Source: Eledone cirrhosa
Lineage: Eukaryota
DNA length: 64,000 bases
Reading direction: 5' to 3'
Assembly (NCBI GenBank): GCA_964016885.1
Contig: OZ024743.1
Location: 230,640,001-230,704,000 of the forward strand
Numbering within the stretch: position 1 is the first letter of the stretch; each line of letters begins with the position of its first letter. The translations under genes and the position numbers were made by a program. The notes under the pieces were generated by a model. It saw only the letters and a program-made list of their open reading frames with translations, was not told the origin of the DNA and did not search any database. Positions 36,301 through 49,232 of the stretch are shown here, one piece after another.

Positions 36301-36750
36301 CCAGCGTGCATCTAAGATCCCGTTCCAGTCGCCCACTAACACTAAAGAGCGGGACGTTCCAAGAAAGGTCTCCAGACGCCGGAAGAAATCAGGCCGCCCT
36401 GCTCCTGTCGGGGCATAGACGGCCACTAGCCTGAAAGCTTGCCCGTCTCCGCTGGTCACGTCCAGCACCACCAGCTTACCCTCTGGGTCCAGGAAGATGG
36501 CCCGTATGGCGAGATCCAAACCTCTCCGAAAAAGTACAGCAAATCCTCCACCGGATCCAGGACGGCTGGGAGATGCGTACACATCGTAGCCGCCGAAGAT
36601 CGGTGCGAAGGCCCGTGCTTCGGAGATTCTGGTCTCGCTGATGGCCACTACATCTATGTTTAGTGACCTGAGGTCGTTGAGCAGGTGACCCTGCTTCCAT
36701 GACGACCCCAAGCCACGCGCATTTATGCTGCCTATTCTGAGTGAGGTCAT
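33345..36750 (-). pseudogene. Tx1 ORF2 (APE-RT), disrupted
   Basis: MTSLRIGSINARGL, ISET, GDWN, YLDR, TDH, then RT motifs. A short deletion near 35150 and a stop at 34482 disrupt it. Confidence 0.9.
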
Positions 36751-36785
36751 GTTTAAAATAGAGTGGAAAAGATGGGAAAGACCAC

Positions 36786-38878
36786 TTACCGTACTTTTGG
36801 TAGAGGAGGGATGGTTTTTACATCCCTTTTCACTTGATCGTCTGGTGAAGGGACCGTTGAATCGTCCCTTCGGCTGGTCGTCGGCTCTTCTAAGAGAATG
36901 TCTGAGTATACTCTTCGATTGATGGTTCCTCCTAGGTCCCTGAAATCACCAACTGCGTTGGGGAATTTCGTTTTAATATTTGTGTATTGTTTCTGTGCTA
37001 TTTTGAGCAGTCTTATGTTAGTTGGCGTTTTGATTGGTGCTGGTATTATGTAGTCCTGTTGTGAAATGTCTGTGTGTTCAATTATGTAAGTCATTAGTTT
37101 CTTGTTGTGTGTATTTATTGCCGTGCATTTGTTTTTCTGGGGGTGGGGTGTGGTTCTGCTATTTTCTTGTCGTTGTTGCTGGGTGTGTGTGTTTTGTTGT
37201 TGTGTTTGCGATGTTGGTGCTTGTGGTGGTGGTGTTGAAGGTGTTGCTGGCGGTGGGGTTGTCGCCGGTGGTGTGGGTGGTGATGGTGTTGGTGGTGTTG
37301 CTGCTGTGGGTCTCTTTGCAGTAGACTTTACCCTTTTCTCATTTCTTTCCTCCCTTTTCAAAGGCGACGATGCGCTGCTTCTGCGTTTGTGCCTTCTTAC
37401 GACCTTTTGCCATCCCTCTCCCACCTCATACTCCATGTCTGATTCTGTGAGGTCGGGGAGGGGTACCAGCTCCACTCTTTCACTTGTTGTTGTTGGTGAT
37501 GTTTGCACTGGAGTCTCTGTTGCAGCTGCATTTGGTATTGCTGTTGTTGTTGTTAATATTTCCACTGCTGCTGCTGTTTTTGATTTCCGTGGAGTGGGTA
37601 TGGGTGCCACGGACCTATCGTTCCTGGTTGCCGCTTGTCCTGTTGCTGGTAGCCGTGGAGCCGGATTCGGAAGGAGGGGGGTTTTCTCCTTTCTCAGGGT
37701 CTTCTCGTTGCAGAAGGCCCTGAGGTGAGTCTTCGATCCACAGCGAAAGCATTTCGGGCGTTTGCCCTCAACACTTATGGGCAGTTGAGTGCCGTTATCG
37801 AAGTCTATCACATCCGGGATAGCTTCGATGCACTCCTGGTTGGTTTGGATTAGCATCTCAATGGAGGTGCCGACCCAATCTTCTCTTACTTTTTTCTGTA
37901 CTTGCAGTACAGTTGTTTTGTCCTCGATTCCGACGAGGACAGACGCGGCCATCCAAGAAGGAGCCATTCCGGGGGGGGGACGTGGGTCAGTTTGACCCTC
38001 ACAATTTTTTGCCCGCAGTAGGAGGGCACCAACACCATTTCCTCGCTCCTTAGGGTCACTACTGATTGGGCCTTTGCCTCCTGGGGTGTGGCAAAAAGTA
38101 CGTCTACGGTGGCATATTTTTTGCCTCGGGTGATGTGCGTTTTCCGCTGCCACACAGACCCCAAGGCTTTTTGTATCTGAGCCTCTGTGGCTCTTTCCAC
38201 CCTACGGGATTTTGTACTTACTGTACGGTACGTGACCGTACAGTGCTGATGGGTTTCGAACAAATTTTCCGCTGCCTTGCAGATTGCTCGGTGTCCGTTC
38301 TTTGTCACCATCTTCTTCGCTTCCTCTAATTCCTCATTTGTTATGAGGATTGTTTCCAAGTTTTTCGCAATGCCTGCAAATGAGATTGGTTTTTCTTTGC
38401 TGCTATTGTTGTTGTTGTCGTCAGAGCTGCTGGTACTTTTGTTGTTGCTGCAGGTACTACGACTACTGCCTCCGCCGCTGTTGCTGTGGTTGTTGTTGGT
38501 GTTGCTGCTGCTAATGCTGTTGTTGTTTATGCTGCTGGTGATGCTGTTGCGGCTGCTACTGTTATTTTCATTGTCACTGTTGCTGTTGTTATTACGGCTG
38601 CTACTGCTATTATTCCTGACGTCAGACGAATGAACTGGGTTTTTTTCGTATTTCCCACACACCTGTTTCGTCGCTGTCGTCGTCGTCGTGCAGAAACCTT
38701 GCACGCTTTGCACGAGACTTTTCTTTTCTTTCGTCACTTGCGAAAGAGAAGGAAGGGAGAGTGACACATTTAAAGAAGGGAGGGAGAGAGACAATCTTCT
38801 CTCTGCTGTAGTGATGATTGAGGAAGAAGAAGACGGAATGAGTGGGAGTGACGTATGAAATTTCTTTTCCGTAGCCAT
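36786..38878 (-). pseudogene. Tx1 ORF1 (gag-like, CCHC knuckle), one frameshift
   Basis: CFRCGSKTHLRAFC; frameshift at the G-run ~37971-37979; Ser/Asn-rich N-terminus. Confidence 0.82.
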
Positions 38879-39092
38879 GTTGTTTTTTGTTTAAAATGAA
38901 TATTGGGTACAAAACCCCAATAACTGGTTATTTAACCCCGAAGGGCCAAATAACGGACAGAAAGAACCCTCTCACGAGGAGGAGGGTGTCTTTATCAACA
39001 ATTTGGTTCAAGTTTTAAACAATTTACAATTGTTTTAACGGTTAAAAATTACTATACCTTACAGAGCCGAGCCTCCGTCAACCATGGCATTC

Positions 39093-39132
<40 letters not shown>

Positions 39133-39134
<2 letters not shown>

Positions 39135-39322
39135 TGTTTCTACTTTTGGCACAAAGCCAGCAATTACCCAGTGTATTACTGGTACTTTATTTTATCGACC
39201 CCATAAAGATGAAAGGCAAAGTTAACCTCGGCGGGATTTGAACTCAGAATGGCAAGGGCCGTAACTCTATGCGTCAAATCATGGCGTCCGACCCTCTACC
39301 GATACTGCCAATCCACTGGCCA
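39133..39322 (-). mobile_element. tRNA-derived SINE family 1, flanked by (AAT)n on both sides
   Basis: Reverse complement of consensus. Confidence 0.87.
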
Positions 39323-39347
39323 TTAATAATAATAATAATAATAATAA

Positions 39348-39735
39348 GATAGGGAAGAAGACGCACGAGGTGGTAGAAGGTCATGAAATCGCTCCCGTAA
39401 GTTTTTGATTTTTAACATATTTAAATCAAATGTGAAATAACAATTCTTAGTACAAATGTTGCATAAACCACCGAATCAAGTCCCATAACATTTCGGATCC
39501 ATATTATATTGTTATATCGCTCAAATATTCAATTTTGTATTATATATTTTGTATTCAAAAAAGAAAATGGTTATAAATGGAAGCAAACACCCTCTGTCTA
39601 CACTATATAGAACAGCCAAATAACAGCAATTTCACCAACACCAGAAACTCGATACACCACCTACCCCATCACACTAAATATGACAGCCAGATAACGGCAA
39701 TTTCACCACCACCAACACCAATCCCAGCATCATAA
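39348..39735 (+). mobile_element. 5' UTR fragment of the Dong-like family G (homologous to 54658-55045)
   Basis: GGAAGAAGACGCACGAGGTGG...CATGAAATCGCTCCCGTAAG is shared with 54659; follows (AAT)n. Confidence 0.7.
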
Positions 39736-40329
39736 TAATAATTACTATTATTATTGTCTCAAGTTTTAACAAAATGTTTAATTCCAATTTTACGGGAATA
39801 TGTCAACACAATATATATTAAACATACGCGACACAAACTTATAGATACTACATATCACAAAACTCAGTATCAACAACGCCACCGCCGCCACCACTCCATC
39901 CATCATAGCTACCACTATCCCATCACCGCCGCCACCACTCCTTCATTGCTACCACCACTTTTCCCCTGTTAACGTGAGAGAGAAAGGGGAAGGTGGCGGT
40001 ATCACTAGACAAGTGAGAGACTAGCAAAAGATATAAACAGATTGACTTAGTGACCTGGCCACCGGCCAAACGTCAACATCAACAACTATGGAACTGCTGG
40101 CTCACCCCTTCCTCACCAACAATATAAAAAGCCCCATCACCACCACCGACATAGCCAACAACAATAACAGGCAACTTCAGCAAAAAGTATATTATATTAT
40201 TGTAATGCACTGGGTGATTGCTGGCCTTGTGCCTGGAGTGGAGACAATTATTAATAATTTCATTCTTAAGCCACGCAATGCTCACATTAAGGAACCACTC
40301 ATGATAATAACAATTTAAAAAAAACAACA

Positions 40330-43300
40330 ACAAGAAAACCCCGTGACCAAGAAATACCGGGATGGCGGCCGGCGGGGAATAGCCGTGTCTCTAGGGGAGA
40401 ACGACCCCTCTAGTCTTGGTTGACACTCGTTCTAGAAGTGGTAACACGAAATGATTACCCCTTGGCGGATAAGGATAAAACGCGACAAAATAAAGTAAAT
40501 GTCTAATGATAAAATCTCATACCGGATCGGCCGTCACCCGGGTAAAAAAGGGCCGCGTCCCTCAGAGAGGAACCAGACTGGGGTCGAAAAATCAGCTAAT
40601 GGTTCAAACCTTCCCATCACTTCGGAGCTGGAGACCTCCCATAACCAGAATACTCCTACTGTTGGCCCTCCATGCTCACCACCTAGAAATCCAAAGAAAA
40701 AGAGAGAAAAATGGTCAAGGGAAGATAATAAAGAAGTCCTTGAGGCTTTCTACACTGCCATGTACTACCCATCAAATACATCGAATACAGAACAGACATA
40801 TATCAACTGGAAAAAGAAACATCCCGAAAACAGAGGCTATATTGACAGTAACAAACTAGCCAATATACGAAGAAATATTGTAAGAAAAAAGTTACTCACT
40901 GATATAGAAATTGATCAGATCAAGCTATTAGCACAAAGTCAGCGAAGGGAAAATGAAACATGTGTCACTGAAAACGAGGTAAATTGTAACACTTCGAATC
41001 CCAGGGTTGGGGCGGAATCACTCGCAACAGAACAAATTAAAGAAAGGATCGAAAAAGTGGAGGGAGTGCATGCTCAAGATGAAACTCCAAATGAAAATAA
41101 TGAGATCGTAAATGATAAAGAAATGAATGAGAATGAACTTGCCAACTTGAAGGATGAAATTATGATCGAATGGATGAAAATGAAAGAATCTGACATGGGG
41201 CAACGAGACACCCTCCCTAAGATCCAGAACTCCAAACAGAACCAAAAGATAATACACAAGACTAACATAATTCTCAAAACATTATCATCACAAACAAACT
41301 AAACATTACTGATTTAAATCATCTCTATTATGCATCGGCTAAAGTCACCACTCACTTATGTGGAGTGAAGATGAAAAAACAAAGGAATTCCCACAAGAAA
41401 TCTACTTGGCAAGAGAACATCAATCGCCAAATAAACCTTCTCCGATCTGACATAGAAATTTTAACAAACTATAAAGTAGGTGAACATGTTAAACAAACTA
41501 AACTTAGAAAATTGAAAAAAAAGTACAGTATAAAATCAACAAGTGACATAGACATGCTGATCGAAATAATCAAGCAAAGAGTGTCGGCCAAAGCTGCTCA
41601 TATAAGGCGCTTTGAAAAACGATCTAGATTCTATAATGACAATAATATGTTCACAAACAACCAAAGTAACTTCTACAGAAAAATTGGTAAGTCAACAATA
41701 ACTGCTAAATCAATATCACCCAAGGAGGAAGTGCAAGAATTCTGGGAAAAGATCTGGGCCGAAGAAAAAGTTCATAACATACATGCCCCATGGATAGACA
41801 GACAAATGAAAGATAAAGCTCACCTTGAGGAACAAATATGGGAAAATATAACAGTTGAACAGTTGCGCTTGGCTCTAAGAAATACAAGCAAATGGAAATC
41901 CCAAGGAAAAGACAAAATACAAAACTTTTGGATAAATGCCTTCACAGAGTCTCATGAGCTGTTAGCCCAACTTTACAATGAAATAGTTAAGGAGCCAGAA
42001 AAGATACCACCATGGCTAGTTAACGGCATTACATTCCTGCTTCCGAAGAATGATGAGACAAACAATCCCCCAAATTACAGACCGATAACTTGCTTTACCA
42101 CAATGTATAACATTTTAACATCAGTCCTAACTGAATACACATATGACCACTTGATAACAAATGACCTATTTCCCATTGAGCAGACAGGGTGTAAACGCGG
42201 CTCATATGGCTGTAAGGATCAGCTTCTGGTTAACAAAATGATACTGGAAGATTGTCATAATAGACACAAAAATCTATCGATTGCTTGGATAGATTATAAA
42301 AAAGCATTCGATAGTTTGCCACACAGTTGGATTGAAAAATGTTTAGAGATTTTCAAAATATCCCCGTTGTCAGGAGGTTTTTGTTATTCAGTATGAAGAC
42401 ATGGAAAACGACACTCCTTTAGAATAGTGAAACAAAATCACTGGAAGCTGGAGAAGTTAATATTAATTGTGGAATTTTTCAGGGTGACTCTTTATCACCG
42501 CTTTTATTCTGCATCGCGCTTATACCATTAAGTAAAATGCTCAATGAAACAAAACATGGATATAAAGTCTATGACAAAACCATTAATCACTTGTTCTACA
42601 TGGATGACCTGAAACTATTTGCAAAAGATTGGATGATCAAACTCGTTTTGAAACACGAAAGCATCAAAAGATCATATTCCATTACAAAAGATGCACAAAG
42701 ATACAGTAATGGACTACAAATTTCAGAAGTCCCATTTACTGCTGAAATGGAAAACACAGAAAAAGCAAAGCAGGTAAAAGTAACTGCAAAGAAAGAACTG
42801 CTACAGAAACTGGCTAAGAAATGGCAAGAAAAGCCTCTGTATGGAAAATACCCAGAACGAGCTAACAATCCTGATGTTGACAAAACTTTAACCCATCAGC
42901 GACTGGCATCCTCTGGACTGAAATCGGAGACTGAAGGACTGATTATATCAGCACAAGATCAGTGTCTGCCAACAAAAATTTACCAAGCCAACATAATAAA
43001 AAATGGATGCAGCCCATTATGCCGTGTATGCAAAAAACAACCAAAGACTATTGACCATATAATTTCAATGTGCAGTCCTATAGCTCCAACCGAATACCTA
43101 AACAGGCATGACAGAGCTGCACAATACATACATTGGATAATGTGTAAGCATTTTGACCTGCCCCATCAAAAGAATTGGTGGGAGCATCAACCACCTCCCA
43201 TACTTGAAAAAGATCACATCTCAATCTTGTGGAACTTTAGCATCCAAACAGACCGAAAAATAGATGCAAATAGACCTGATATAATATTGAAGGACTTTAA

Positions 43301-43730
43301 AAAGAGGGTATGCCTGCTAATTGACATGTCTGTTCCAATAGACAAGAATGTATTTATAAAAACATTTGAAAAATTGAGCAAGTATAAGGACATGGAGATA
43401 GAAATTGGAAAAATGTGGAAATTGAGAACTAAAACAATACCAGTGGTTGTAGGTGCTCTGGGAATGATACCTAAGGGGTCTAATGATTACTTATCGCAAA
43501 TCCCAGGAAACCCGCGTATAGGAGAAATACAAAAGATAGTACTAATGGGAACTGCCCATATACTAAGGAAGATTCTGTCAATATAAGTACATCACAAGTC
43601 TAAACACTAAAGATGCATGTGTGAGTATGTATGTTCTTTCTTGAACATTCGCTGACCTTGTTGTCTCTTGAGGTCACTGGTTGTGACTTGGTGATAACTC
43701 GTATGAACATAAAGCAAGATAAATGCAACT

Positions 43731-43732
<2 letters not shown>
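40330..43732 (+). mobile_element. R4/Dong-like RLE LINE, family F, internally deleted
   Basis: Single ORF in pieces at 40499-43586: WKSQGKDKIQNFW, NYRPITC, DYKKAFDS, QGDSLSP, FYMDD, CRVC...H....C, RPDI...IDMSVP..K..KY. (AAT)n tail at 43733-43783. Confidence 0.9.
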
Positions 43733-43783
<51 letters not shown>

Positions 43784-43818
43784 CTCAGCATAATGATAAC
43801 AATTTCAGCATAATAATA

Positions 43819-44003
43819 ATTGTTTCTACTTTAGGCACAAGGCCAGCAATCACCCAGTGCATTACTGGTACTTTATTTTATATACCCCGTAAGGATGAAA
43901 GGCAGAGTCAACCTTGGCGGGATTTGAACTCAGATCATAAAGGGACGTAACTATGCTGGACAACATGGCGTCCGACCCTCTACCGATACTCCCAATCCAC
44001 AGC
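43819..44003 (-). mobile_element. tRNA-derived SINE family 1, flanked by short (AAT)n
   Basis: Reverse complement of consensus. Confidence 0.87.
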
Positions 44004-44029
44004 ATAATAATAATAATTACTATTAATAT

Positions 44030-47000
44030 TGCCTTAACTTTTAGTTTTAACAAAATGTTTAATTCCAATATTAATGAAAATATGTCAACACATATAAGCG
44101 ACTAATGATAATTTCACTAAGGATAATTTCACCACCAATACCACCACCACTACCACGATGAAAACTCTGGTCAAGTCGACTCAAATTTCTACTCCAACTT
44201 CAACACCATCACTACAGTAATACGACCGCATCACCACCACCGCTGCCTCACTATCGCTACCGCTGCTATTCTCTCCCACTACATCCTGCTAGTTGCTGCT
44301 AGCACAGCATCGCCACCACCACCGCCGCCGCTACCTCAATATCACTACCGCCGCTATTCTCTCCCGCTACCCCCTGCTACATGGTAGAATTCTCACTAAA
44401 AGAGGAAAACATCAAAATATATAAATAGACTGAATTGATGACCCGGTCAAAATTAAAAAAAAAACAATAATCAAAATCGAGTTTTAGTTTTAACAACATG
44501 TTTAATTCCAATATTAAGGAAAAAATATGTCAACACATATACGCGACTAATGATAATTTCACTAAAGATAATTTCACCACCAGTGCCACCACCACTGTCA
44601 CGATGAAAACTCTGGTCAAGTCGACTCAAATTTCTACTCCATCTTCAACACCATCGCTACAGTAATACGACCACATCGCCACCGCCGCTATTCTCTCCAA
44701 CTACCTCCTGCTAGTTGCTGCTGACACAGCACCGTCATCGCCGCCGCCGCCGTTGCCTCATTGTCACTACCGCCACTATTCTCTCCCGCTAGCCCCTGCT
44801 ACATTGTAGAATTCTCACTAAAAGAGGAAGGCATCAAAATATATAAATAGACTGAATTGATAACCCAGTCATATTTAAAAAAAATAAATAAATAAAAATC
44901 AAAGCAGCACAGCAACAACGAAAAACGTAAAGGAAATAAAAATGAAGAGAAAAACAAACGGACGGACAGAGAAGGGAAGGGAAAAACTAAGTCAGACATT
45001 CAAACACTACATTACAATGAAACTTATGCTTATTCATTTTTGGGGTTTTTCTGCCTGTTTGTTTGTTTGTTTATTTGGGTTCGTCTACAGCGTGATAATG
45101 CCACACAAAAGTCACGTGGAGTGACGAAACCACCGGAGACAAGTAATTCACCGGTGGTTATGTAACCATACATTCTCCAATCCTCGATAAGAGTGTTTAA
45201 ATGTCGAACTTAAACAGTTCGAATAACAATGAAACGGAGACTAGAATGTCATGTGACAGACTCTCACCCAACAGGTGCTCCCTGGCTCAGCAGCAGAGAC
45301 CTGGCTGTCAACCAAATACTGCTGGTGTCGGAGGAAGAAGATGAAGGAAAGGGACCAGAACCAACTGGACGAAAGAATTGAATAGAACTGTTATGCAATG
45401 TTACATGAAGAGTAACCCCAATGAGAAAGGTTATAGGAAAAGGATGCATAACATCTGGAACGAGATTGGTCCATTTAAATTAGATGAACAAAAACTGGCC
45501 GGGCAGGCTCGGGTAATAAGAACTAATGGGTGTATAAGCGAGCTGGAACTGGAGGAACTGAGCAGAGAGATTAGCTTGGAGATGGAGGGTGGAGTATGCC
45601 AGGCAAACGAGCCAGTGGGAAATGAAGGTGAAGAGGTCGAGAGAACGGAGGAACCACCCGAAACAGACAATAATCTGAATGCTGAGATAAATAATACCTG
45701 GAACAGAGATACGGTCACGGAGGAGATGAATGCTGACGGGCTAGGACAAGATTTGGTAGATATCCTAAACTTAGTGGTAGATGAATTGAACAATGATAGT
45801 GGGAGACCTATGAACCTAAGATTTGTAGACAGGTAAAAGTTAAAAGAAACAACAGCTAAGGTAAACAAAGTCATCCCATACCTTGAGGCGAGGAGCCTTC
45901 ACCAGTGCAACAATATCCTCAAAGCAACAGCAAATACGGTGAGGATACTATTTGGTATAAAAGTGAGTGGAAACAACAGACAAGAAAGAGCAGAGCCTTG
46001 GTGGAAGAAACGACTGAGTGGTCAAATCAGGGAATTGAGAAATGACATTGGAAAGCTTGAGTCCCTACTGAATGGGACACTAAAAAAACATAGACACTAA
46101 AAATAGACTGGAAATAAATTACAAAAGTAGGAGCAAAAAGGTAAATATTATCATAGAGGAACTGAAGCAACGCATTGTAGCAAAGAGTGCAAAAATCAGG
46201 CGATACGAGAACAGAGTCAGCCAGTATAGACAGAACCGCATGTTCGACAACAACCAGAAGATGCTGTTTGGACAGCTTGAAGGGAAAGAAAGAGGCAACG
46301 ACTTGATCCCTGAGGCGGAACAAACTAAAACATTCTGGAGAGGAATATGGGAGCAGGATGTTAAACATAATGACCAGGCAGTGTGGATTGAGACATTACA
46401 GAAGGAGATCAGTGAACAGGCACACCAACAAACTGATTTGAGTATCACAGTTGAAACTCTTAAGGGGCAGGCCAAAAAAACTAACCAACTGGAAATCACC
46501 TGGCTCAGATGGTGTGCAGGGGTTTGGGATTAAAAACATAACATCCCTCCACCCGAAACTGACAACCATGTTCAATGACTGCTTGATGTCAGGTGAGGTA
46601 CCAGAGTGGTTGACAAAAGGTACCACAGTTCTGATAATGAAAGACCGAATCAAGGGTAATGATGTTATCAACTTTAGACCTATCACATGTCTGTCCGTAA
46701 TGTGGAAACTGTTGACGAGCATTATGTCTGAGGAAATCTACCATCACCTCCACACAAACAACTTGTTACCGGACGAACAGAAAGGATGCCGAAAGAAGTC
46801 ACGTGGTACAAATGACCAGTTACTTATTGATAAGATAGTAATGGGGAATTGCAAGAGGAGACACACTGATCTTGCCATGGGATGGATAGACTACAGAAAG
46901 GCATTTGACATGGTGCCTCATTCTTGGATCACCAAAAACCTGGAGATCTTCAAGGTGGCAGATAGCATCAGCCAGTTGTTGGGCAAAAGTATGAAGTCCT

Positions 47001-48690
47001 GGGAAACAGAGTTAACATCAACTGGAGAATCCTTGGGAAGCGTGAAGATCAAGAGAGGTATCTTCCAGGGAGGTAGTCTGTCCCCTTTCTTGTTTGTCCT
47101 TGCCCTGATGCCCCTGACCAGTGTACTGCAAAAAGTGAGAGCAGGTTACAGGTTAGGAAAGGGAGGGCTTACCATCAATCACTTCCTCTTCATGGACGAT
47201 CTTAAGCTCTTCGGGAAGAGTGAGAAGGAGTTGGATGTGCTTGTTGACACTGTCCGTATTTTCAGCAATTTGGTATTAGTAAGTGTGGGGTAATTGTGAT
47301 GAGGAGGGGTAAGTTGAGCAGAAGTAACGGAATCCAGATACCAACAGGTGAGATGATAAAGGAAATTGACTCTGAGGAAGGATACATGTATTTGGGCGTT
47401 CTGGAGGCTGATGACATCAAGAACAAAAAAATGAAGGAATTGATAAGAACTGAATACCTTCGGAGAGTAAGGAGCGTATTAAAGTCACATCTGAACAGTA
47501 GGAATGCCATAAGTGCAGTAAATTCCCGAGCTGTGTCTATTATTAGGTACAGTGCGGGAATTCTGAGATGGAATGTTGCTGAACAAAAAGAAATGGATAG
47601 CAAGACTAGGAAGCTATTGACTATCTACAATATGTTCCACAAGAGGAGTTTTGTCGATAGACTCTACTTAAGGAGTTCTGAAGGTGGAAGAGGTCTTATC
47701 AGCATAGAGGACTGTGTTCAGATGGAGAAAAACAACCTACACAAATAAGTGACTGAATGTAAGGAGCCAATGCTCAGAACTGTACTAAAGGAGGGGACAA
47801 TAGGCCAGGGGATGTCCAAGGAAATAATATCAAGGAGAAAGAGCAGCCTTCATGAAAAATCCCTTCATAGTACCTTCTTTGAGAAAACTGAATTTAGAGA
47901 TCCACAGACATGGAACTGTTTGAAAAGAGGAGACCTTAAAAAGGCTACAGAAGGAATGTTAATGGCTTCGCAGGAGCAGGCCCTCAAAACGAAGTGGTTG
48001 AAACACCACATTTACAAGGAGGAGGCTAGCCCACTGTGCAGGATCTGTGGAGAGAGAGAGGAGACTGTGGCTCACATTGTATCCGAGTGTAAACACCTGG
48101 CCCAGACTCACTATAAGGGCTGGAGACATGATGTGATGGGCAGGGTGATCCACTGGCACCTATGCAAAGTAAATAATTTACCACATTCTGAGAAGTGGTA
48201 TGAGCATAAGCCAGAGGCGGTGATAGAAAACGATCAGGTGAAGGTGCTGTGGGATTTTAGGATACAGACGGACAAGAAACTGGAACACAATTGACTTGAC
48301 CTGGTGATTTTGGACAAAGAATACAGATCGTGCTTGGTTGTGGATGTGGCCTGCCCATTCGACACGAGAGTGCAAGAGAAGGAGAGGGAGAAAATTAACC
48401 GATACCAGGACTTAAAGTGGGAGGTAAAAAGGATTTGGAACTGCCATGAAGTCAAAGTGATCAAGATTGTCATGGGCGCGCTAGGGACTATCTCAAAAGG
48501 TTTCCAGGGATGGTTAAAGAAAATTGGCCCCTTCACGCTTTTTGGAACGCTTCAAAAGGCATGCTAGCTGGGAACAGCAAGAACCATCCGATACGTCCTG
48601 AATATCTGAGGCTGCAGGTAGTGGCTTGATATTCATTTCAACAAACTTTCCAGTTAACTAACATCAATGACTGAGACTCAAAAAATAATA
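44030..48690 (+). mobile_element. R4/Dong-like RLE LINE, family G, copy 1 (degenerate)
   Basis: ORF pieces at ~45230-48609 with RT (FMDD), CRICGE..ET..H....C and PD-(D/E)xK-type RLE. Homologous to 54658-59206. Confidence 0.9.
44039..44872 (+). repeat. Two tandem ~440-bp monomers in the family G 5' UTR
   Basis: TTTTAGTTTTAACAA...GAATTGAT(G/A)ACCC repeated at ~44039 and ~44482; one more monomer at ~60541. Confidence 0.85.
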
Positions 48691-48693
48691 ATA

Positions 48694-48928
48694 AAAAGAT
48701 GGTAACGAGGAATTGAAGGAGGTGACACACTTGTCTTGCCATGGGATGGATAGACTACAAAAACGTATACGACATGGTACCTCATTCTTGGATAACCAGA
48801 AGCCTAGAGATCTTCAAGGTGGCAGACAGCATCAGACAGTTGTTGAGCAAAAGTATGAAGTCCTTGAAAACATGTTAACATAAACAAACCTTCCAGTTAA
48901 CTTACACCAATGACTGAGACTCAAAGAA
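48694..48928 (+). mobile_element. Short internally deleted family G derivative (RT fragment joined to 3' tail)
   Basis: 48696-48880 matches 46832-47019 and is joined to the TTCCAGTTAAC...GACTGAGACTCAA tail; (AAT)n follows at 48929-48988. Confidence 0.75.
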
Positions 48929-48929
48929 C

Positions 48930-48990
<61 letters not shown>

Positions 48991-49232
48991 TTTTCTTTAT
49001 TAACCACAAGGGTTCACATAAAGTAGACTTTAAGGAGAGTACAGGACAATACAGGACGGTACAAATGGGCATTTCTGCGTGTAAAAAAACAGAGGTTGAA
49101 ATAAAATAACAAAGAAAAATTACCCAATAGGGGGGAGACTTCCAAGGGACATTTGTGGAGAAAGCCCATTAAAAGACCACAGTGGCCCTGACCATCAGGG
49201 CAAGTGCCCTCTCCCAGTTTTCCACCTTTAAT

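Larger units (their letters stand above)
33085..39092 (-). mobile_element. Tx1 family A, full-length copy C, between (AAT)n tracts
   Basis: ORF1 38878-36786 and ORF2 36750-33345; (AAT)n at 33041-33083 and 39093-39133. Confidence 0.93.
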
